Source of the DNA: an uncultured delta proteobacterium
Lineage (GTDB): Bacteria; Desulfobacterota; Desulfomonilia; UBA1062
DNA length: 13,710 bases
NCBI GenBank assembly: GCA_963752595.1
Contig: CAVVYZ010000018.1
Span: 1-13,710 of the forward strand
Direction of reading: 5' to 3'
Made by a program: the position numbers and the translations under genes
The notes under the pieces: generated by a model
What the model saw: the letters and a program-made list of their open reading frames with translations, nothing else
Databases searched by the model: none
Told to the model about the DNA's origin: nothing
Shown: positions 9,801 through 13,710 of the stretch, piece after piece
How the letters are laid out: each line of letters starts with the position of its first letter
How positions within the stretch are numbered: the stretch's first letter is position 1

Positions 9801-11858
9801 GCGCCCTCCTGATCTTAACTGCGCAGCCCTTGTATTCGGGAATGTCTGATACCGGGTCATGGGCCGAATTGGTGAGAAGATTCACCGGTGTTTCAGTGAA
9901 ATGGAACGTTGAGAACACCACCTTGCGCGGCACGCGGTCAGTGACTTCCGCCTTGAGCCTGATGGTGCCCCTCCTCGATGATTACCTCAATGAAATCGTT
10001 GTTCCGGATCCCGAGCTTCTTCGCGTCCTCCGGGTTGATCTCCACGAGCGCTTGCGGGCGCCTCCCTCTCGAGGAGGTCGATCTGCCTGGTCATGGTCCC
10101 GGTGTGGTACTGGAAGTAGATCCTGCCGGTGGTGAGGGTGAAATCGTACTCGCTCGTCAGGCACTTCTGCCATGGGCTTGAAATCACAGGGCAGGAAGGT
10201 CCCCAATCCCTTGGAGAACTTGTCTTTGTGGAGATACGTGGTGCCCGGATGCTCTTCGTTGGGGCAGGGCCACTGCAGGCCGAAATCTTTCCTGAGCCTG
10301 CTGTAGGTGATGCCCGCGTATGAAGGGGTCACCCGGTTGATCTCGGCCATGATCTCCGCCGTGTCCGCGTAGTGCATCGGGATAGCCCGCAGCGAGTGCA
10401 TATGTCCTGGATGATCTCCCAGTCGGCACGGGCGGGCCCTGGGGGATCGACGGCCTTGTCGGGCGAGCTGGACCCTGCGCTCGGTATTGCTGTATGTCCC
10501 GGTCTTTTCGGCAAAGCAGGCTGCAGGCAGGACAACATCGGCGAGCGCGGCCGTTTCGGACAGGAAGATATCCTGCACCACCAGGAAATCGAGGTTGGAC
10601 AGGGCCTGCTCGACGTGATTGACGTCAGGGTCGCTCAGCATGGGATTTTCGCCCATGATATAGAGTGCCTTCAGATCGCCCTTCTGCCGCAGCCTCCATC
10701 ATGCCGGTGATGGTCAGGCCCGGCTTGTCGTCGAGACCCTCAACGCCCCAGGCATCTTCGAATTTCTTCTTTACTGCCGGCTCGTCGACCCTCTGATAGC
10801 CGGTATATACACCCGGCAGGCCGCCCATGTCGCAGGCGCCCTGGACATTGTTCTGGCCCCGCAGAGGATTGACGCCGGCGGAGGGGATGCCCACGTGGCC
10901 GGTGAGCATGGCCAGGTTGGCGACAGGTTTTCACGTTGTCGGTTCCCGTGGTATGCTGGGTGATGCCCATGGCATAGAGGAGCATGGCCTTTCTCGTTCG
11001 CGGCGTACAGGCTGGAGGCGCCCGGATGAGATCGCTGCATTTGACCCCGCTGATCTGCTCCACGACCCGCGGGGAGTATTTACCGGGACACGGTCTTTTT
11101 AAGCGCCTCGAAACCCTCGGTGCGGGTCGTCGACGTATGCCTGTCATAGAGATCTTCTTCGATGATGACGTTCATCATGCCGTTCAGCACGGCGACATCC
11201 GTCCCGATGTTCTGCCTGAGGTGGACATCGGCGAACTTGTGCAAAAGGGATGGCTCTCGGATCCATGAGAATGAGCTTTGCCCCCCGCTCGACGGCATTA
11301 ATGACCCGGGTGCCGATCAGCGGGATGCTGCTCGGTGGTATTGGACCCGATCACTAGGAAGAGATCCGCGTCGTCCACTTCATTGATGGAGTTTGTCATT
11401 GCGCCCGAACCGAATGTTGCGGCCAGACCGGCCACGGTGGCGCTGTGTCAGAGTCGGGCGCAGTGGTCGACATTATTCGTCTTGAAGGCCGTCCGCGCCA
11501 TCTTCATGAAGATATAATTTTCCTCGTTGGTGACCTTGGCGGAAGCTTAGGAAAGCAAGCGATTCCGGCTGCCATGTGTGTCGCGAATCCCGGTAAGGCT
11601 TCGCGCGACAAGGTCGAGGGCCTCGTCCCAGGTGGCTTTCGTGAGCACGCCGTTCTTTCTGATCGAGCGGGGTCTTCAGCCGCTTGGGGGAATGGACGAA
11701 ATCATACGAGTTCCAGCCCTTGGCGCAGAGCATGCCTTTGTTGACCGGGTTATTGGGGCTGGGTTCCACCCCGATGATCCTCCCTGTTCTCCTCGAACCA
11801 GATAGAAGTTGCAGCCGCATCCGCAGAAGGGGCAGATCGTTGAGTATCTTCTCGCCAT
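9797..11858 (-). CDS. fdhF: Formate dehydrogenase alpha subunit, Mo/W-bisPGD, selenocysteine-containing, cytoplasmic FdhF type (multiple indels)
   Basis: [15 protein letters not shown] [4Fe-4S] motif, [79 protein letters not shown]. No Tat signal and no NuoG-like N-terminal extension. 3' end uncertain. Confidence 0.92.
11419..11450 (-). promoter_or_regulatory. Sec UGA codon (11450-11448) and bacterial SECIS hairpin
   Basis: UGA CAC AGC GCC ACC GUGGCC-GGUCU-GGCCGC; U17 and loop G23/U24 fall at the same offsets as in the E. coli fdhF SECIS. Confidence 0.9.
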
Positions 11859-11860
11859 GA

Positions 11861-12701
11861 TCAGATCGCCTCCTTGATATGTTCGATCTCGGTGTAATTG
11901 AAGACCGGGCCGTCGTGCAGCAGTATTTCTCTCCGATGGCGCAGTGGCCGCACTTGCCTACGCCGCACTTCATCATCCTCTCCAGGGACATGTAGATATT
12001 GCTCTTTCGGGAACCCGAGCTTCAGGAGCTTCTCCACGACAAACCGGTACATGATCGGGGGCCCGCACAGGACGGCGTATGTGTCTTCAGGCGAAAGGGT
12101 AGCCCGGTCGAACAGGCCGGTGACCACGCCGACATATTGCTTCCAGATTCCTTCCTGGTCCCGGTCCACGCTGTAGAAATACTTGATGTCGTTGCGGTCG
12201 AAGAAGCTCAGAAGCTCGTACTTGAACAGGACATTGTCCGGGTTGTTGGTGCCGTACATGAGGATCAGCTCGTCGAATTCATCCCTCCGGTCGAGCAATA
12301 CAGAGAGGAGCGAGCGAAGCGGGGCAAGCCCAGCCCTCCTGCCACGAGCAGCAGCTTCTTTCCCTTGAGCTATTCCACCGGGAAGCCCCGCCCGTAGGGA
12401 CCCCGGATATGCAGGCGCGATCCTTTCCCCAGCTCGAAGAGCGCATTGGTGAGCTACCCGTCTTGCGGACGCAGATTTCGAGGTGGTCAGGACGGGTCGG
12501 GGGGGAGGAGATGCTGATCGGGGCCTCTCCCTTCCCGAAAATCGATACCTCGATGAATTGCCCGGGCTGGTGCCCGAAATCCTTCCATGTGAGGCCGTTA
12601 TCGAGCTTCAACTGGAAAAGCCTGTGCTCGCCTATTTGCGGCAAAGTCCTAGAAATTACGACGGGAAAAGGCTCGTATTTATTTGCAGATCCATCACACA
12701 T
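11861..12701 (-). CDS. FAD/NAD(P)-binding [2Fe-2S] subunit, AsrB / sulfhydrogenase gamma (HydG) / FlxA-like (indels, one in-frame TAG)
   Basis: PGQF..GEAPISISS, IRGPYGRGFP, VAGGLGL, YG, GVVT, LCGPPIM, MSLERMMKCGVGKCGHC..C.DGPVF across frames. Confidence 0.88.
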
Positions 12702-12758
12702 GAGACACTCTAATTAGCCTTTGTTGCAAACAGGTACATGAAACTGGAGAGACCTTAG

Positions 12759-12773
12759 GCAAGTTCAGTACCA
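12759..12773 (-). promoter_or_regulatory. Sigma54 (-24/-12) promoter of the fdh operon
   Basis: TGGTACTGAACTTGC = GG-N10-GC, 58 nt upstream of ATG 12701. Confidence 0.75.
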
Positions 12774-12778
12774 TTTTA

Positions 12779-12791
12779 TAACTATATGATA
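12779..12791 (-). promoter_or_regulatory. Putative IHF site
   Basis: TATCATATAGTTA, one mismatch to WATCAANNNNTTR, in an AT-rich tract between the sigma54 promoter and the putative UAS. Confidence 0.45.
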
Positions 12792-12836
12792 TTGTGATTA
12801 AATATAATATTATGCAATTAGAAGCCTAATCTAGTC

Positions 12837-12852
12837 GGGGAATTCATACCCA
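12837..12852. promoter_or_regulatory. Putative enhancer site, same family as 4686-4722
   Basis: GGGGAATTCATACCCA, 12/16 identical to the 4707-4722 site; may straddle a sequence junction. Confidence 0.45.
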
Positions 12853-12895
12853 GTACCGGATGTAAGCGTGCTTGGTAGAATGTCTGCCGGCATAA

Positions 12896-13710
12896 CTACG
12901 CCAGGTACAGAAACTTGCACCAGAATTGGAATTTAATTTTGTCCAAGGCGCTTAGTGGTTTTGTCACTTTGGTATATTTCAACAGTTTGCCGCCAGTTTG
13001 CAACAGACTATACGAGACCGGTGTTGCATTCACGTTGTTGTAATCAATTTTCTTAACGGTCTGGGTTGTGTCAACTGTAGTTGGCGTCCATAGGCCCCAA
13101 TAGCCAACATAACCGTTCATTTCGGTTTGCGTAGTTAAATCTGTGTAAACAATGGGGAAGCCGGAGCTGCGTTCAATACGCCCGCCTGTGCTTGAGTCGT
13201 ACAGGCCATAACTCCAGACCGATTCTGCCGCCTCAGACTGATCGCGACTGAAGCATACTGAGGTTGAGGTGTCACTGCGCAGAAAATATCCCTTGTTGTT
13301 AGTTCCTCCAGTTGAATTGTATGCAAAATCAAATTGCGTAGTCGATACTGGATTGATGTTCAGGGTATCTATTTGCTTGAGCGTGCCACTACCGGCTGTC
13401 TGTGTGTTTGCGCCTGCATTGAGCTTGAGTTGCAAGGTTCGGCCATATGTATTGACGCTAACGGTTTCTGAACCTTCCTGATAAAAATCAAGTCCGCCGA
13501 TGGTTGCATTGATATAGCCTTTGCCGGCGCGTCCGCCACTTTCAGCGTAATCCAGACGGAATAGCCCATAAGGGTTGGTAGAGGTTGGAGCCTGGGTTGC
13601 TGAAGCATATGCCTTGATCACGCTACTATCGCTGGGTTGCTCAATCCAGACTTTTACATTCATGGGTGAGCTGGAATCGGTACGTGATGAATTTACAATG
13701 ACCGGTTCAT
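12896..13710 (-). CDS. Partial Ser/Thr/Gly/Tyr-rich hypothetical protein, probably extracytoplasmic; 5' end outside the window, 3' end probably truncated
   Basis: Frame is open from the window edge (EPVIVNSSRTDSSSPMNVKVWI..) for about 270 codons; motifs GLFRLDY, SVWSYGLYD, SGFPI, GYVGYWGLW; visibly lower GC than neighbouring genes. Confidence 0.7.
   Translation of the reverse strand, partial: EPVIVNSSRTDSSSPMNVKVWIEQPSDSSVIKAYASATQAPTSTNPYGLFRLDYAESGGRAGKGYINATIGGLDFYQEGSETVSVNTYGRTLQLKLNAGANTQTAGSGTLKQIDTLNINPVSTTQFDFAYNSTGGTNNKGYFLRSDTSTSVCFSRDQSEAAESVWSYGLYDSSTGGRIERSSGFPIVYTDLTTQTEMNGYVGYWGLWTPTTVDTTQTVKKIDYNNVNATPVSYSLLQTGGKLLKYTKVTKPLSALDKIKFQFWCKFLYLA

Noticed and set aside
12370-12372. 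In-frame TAG in the AsrB-like gene (GFPVE*LKGK) as possible pyrrolysine or recoding
   Set aside because: Non-catalytic variable position in an error-dense region; TAG is used as a normal stop elsewhere (2106, 3059, 3061, 4185).
8769-12701. Calling the locus a sulfite reductase or NiFe sulfhydrogenase
   Set aside because: No siroheme AsrC or hydrogenase large/small subunit between promoter and terminator; the catalytic gene is FDH.
1-13710. CRISPR arrays, tRNA/rRNA, IS elements, Moco riboswitch
   Set aside because: No regularly spaced repeats, cloverleafs, transposase motifs or recognisable riboswitch consensus seen by eye.

Overview
Bacterial window, most consistent with an anaerobic deltaproteobacterium-like organism (inferred from gene content). 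Left: beta-oxidation genes (3-hydroxyacyl-CoA dehydrogenase, acyl-CoA dehydrogenase), a convergent Nudix hydrolase and a small Cys-rich ORF. The minus strand from about 12700 to 3061 carries a coherent module. A sigma54-driven operon encodes an AsrB/HydG/FlxA-like FAD/NAD(P) subunit, a selenocysteine FdhF-type formate dehydrogenase (UGA plus SECIS), an AsrA/HydB-like ferredoxin subunit and a single-domain receiver. It is followed by a Cache-domain histidine kinase, a sigma54 enhancer-binding response regulator, and a second sigma54-driven pair (receiver plus REC-histidine kinase). The two sigma54 promoters share upstream architecture. Many indels break 3480-3740 and 8600-12500 and most likely reflect long-read errors. 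The last ~870 bp is a lower-GC Ser/Thr-rich gene fragment that abuts the fdh promoter abruptly.
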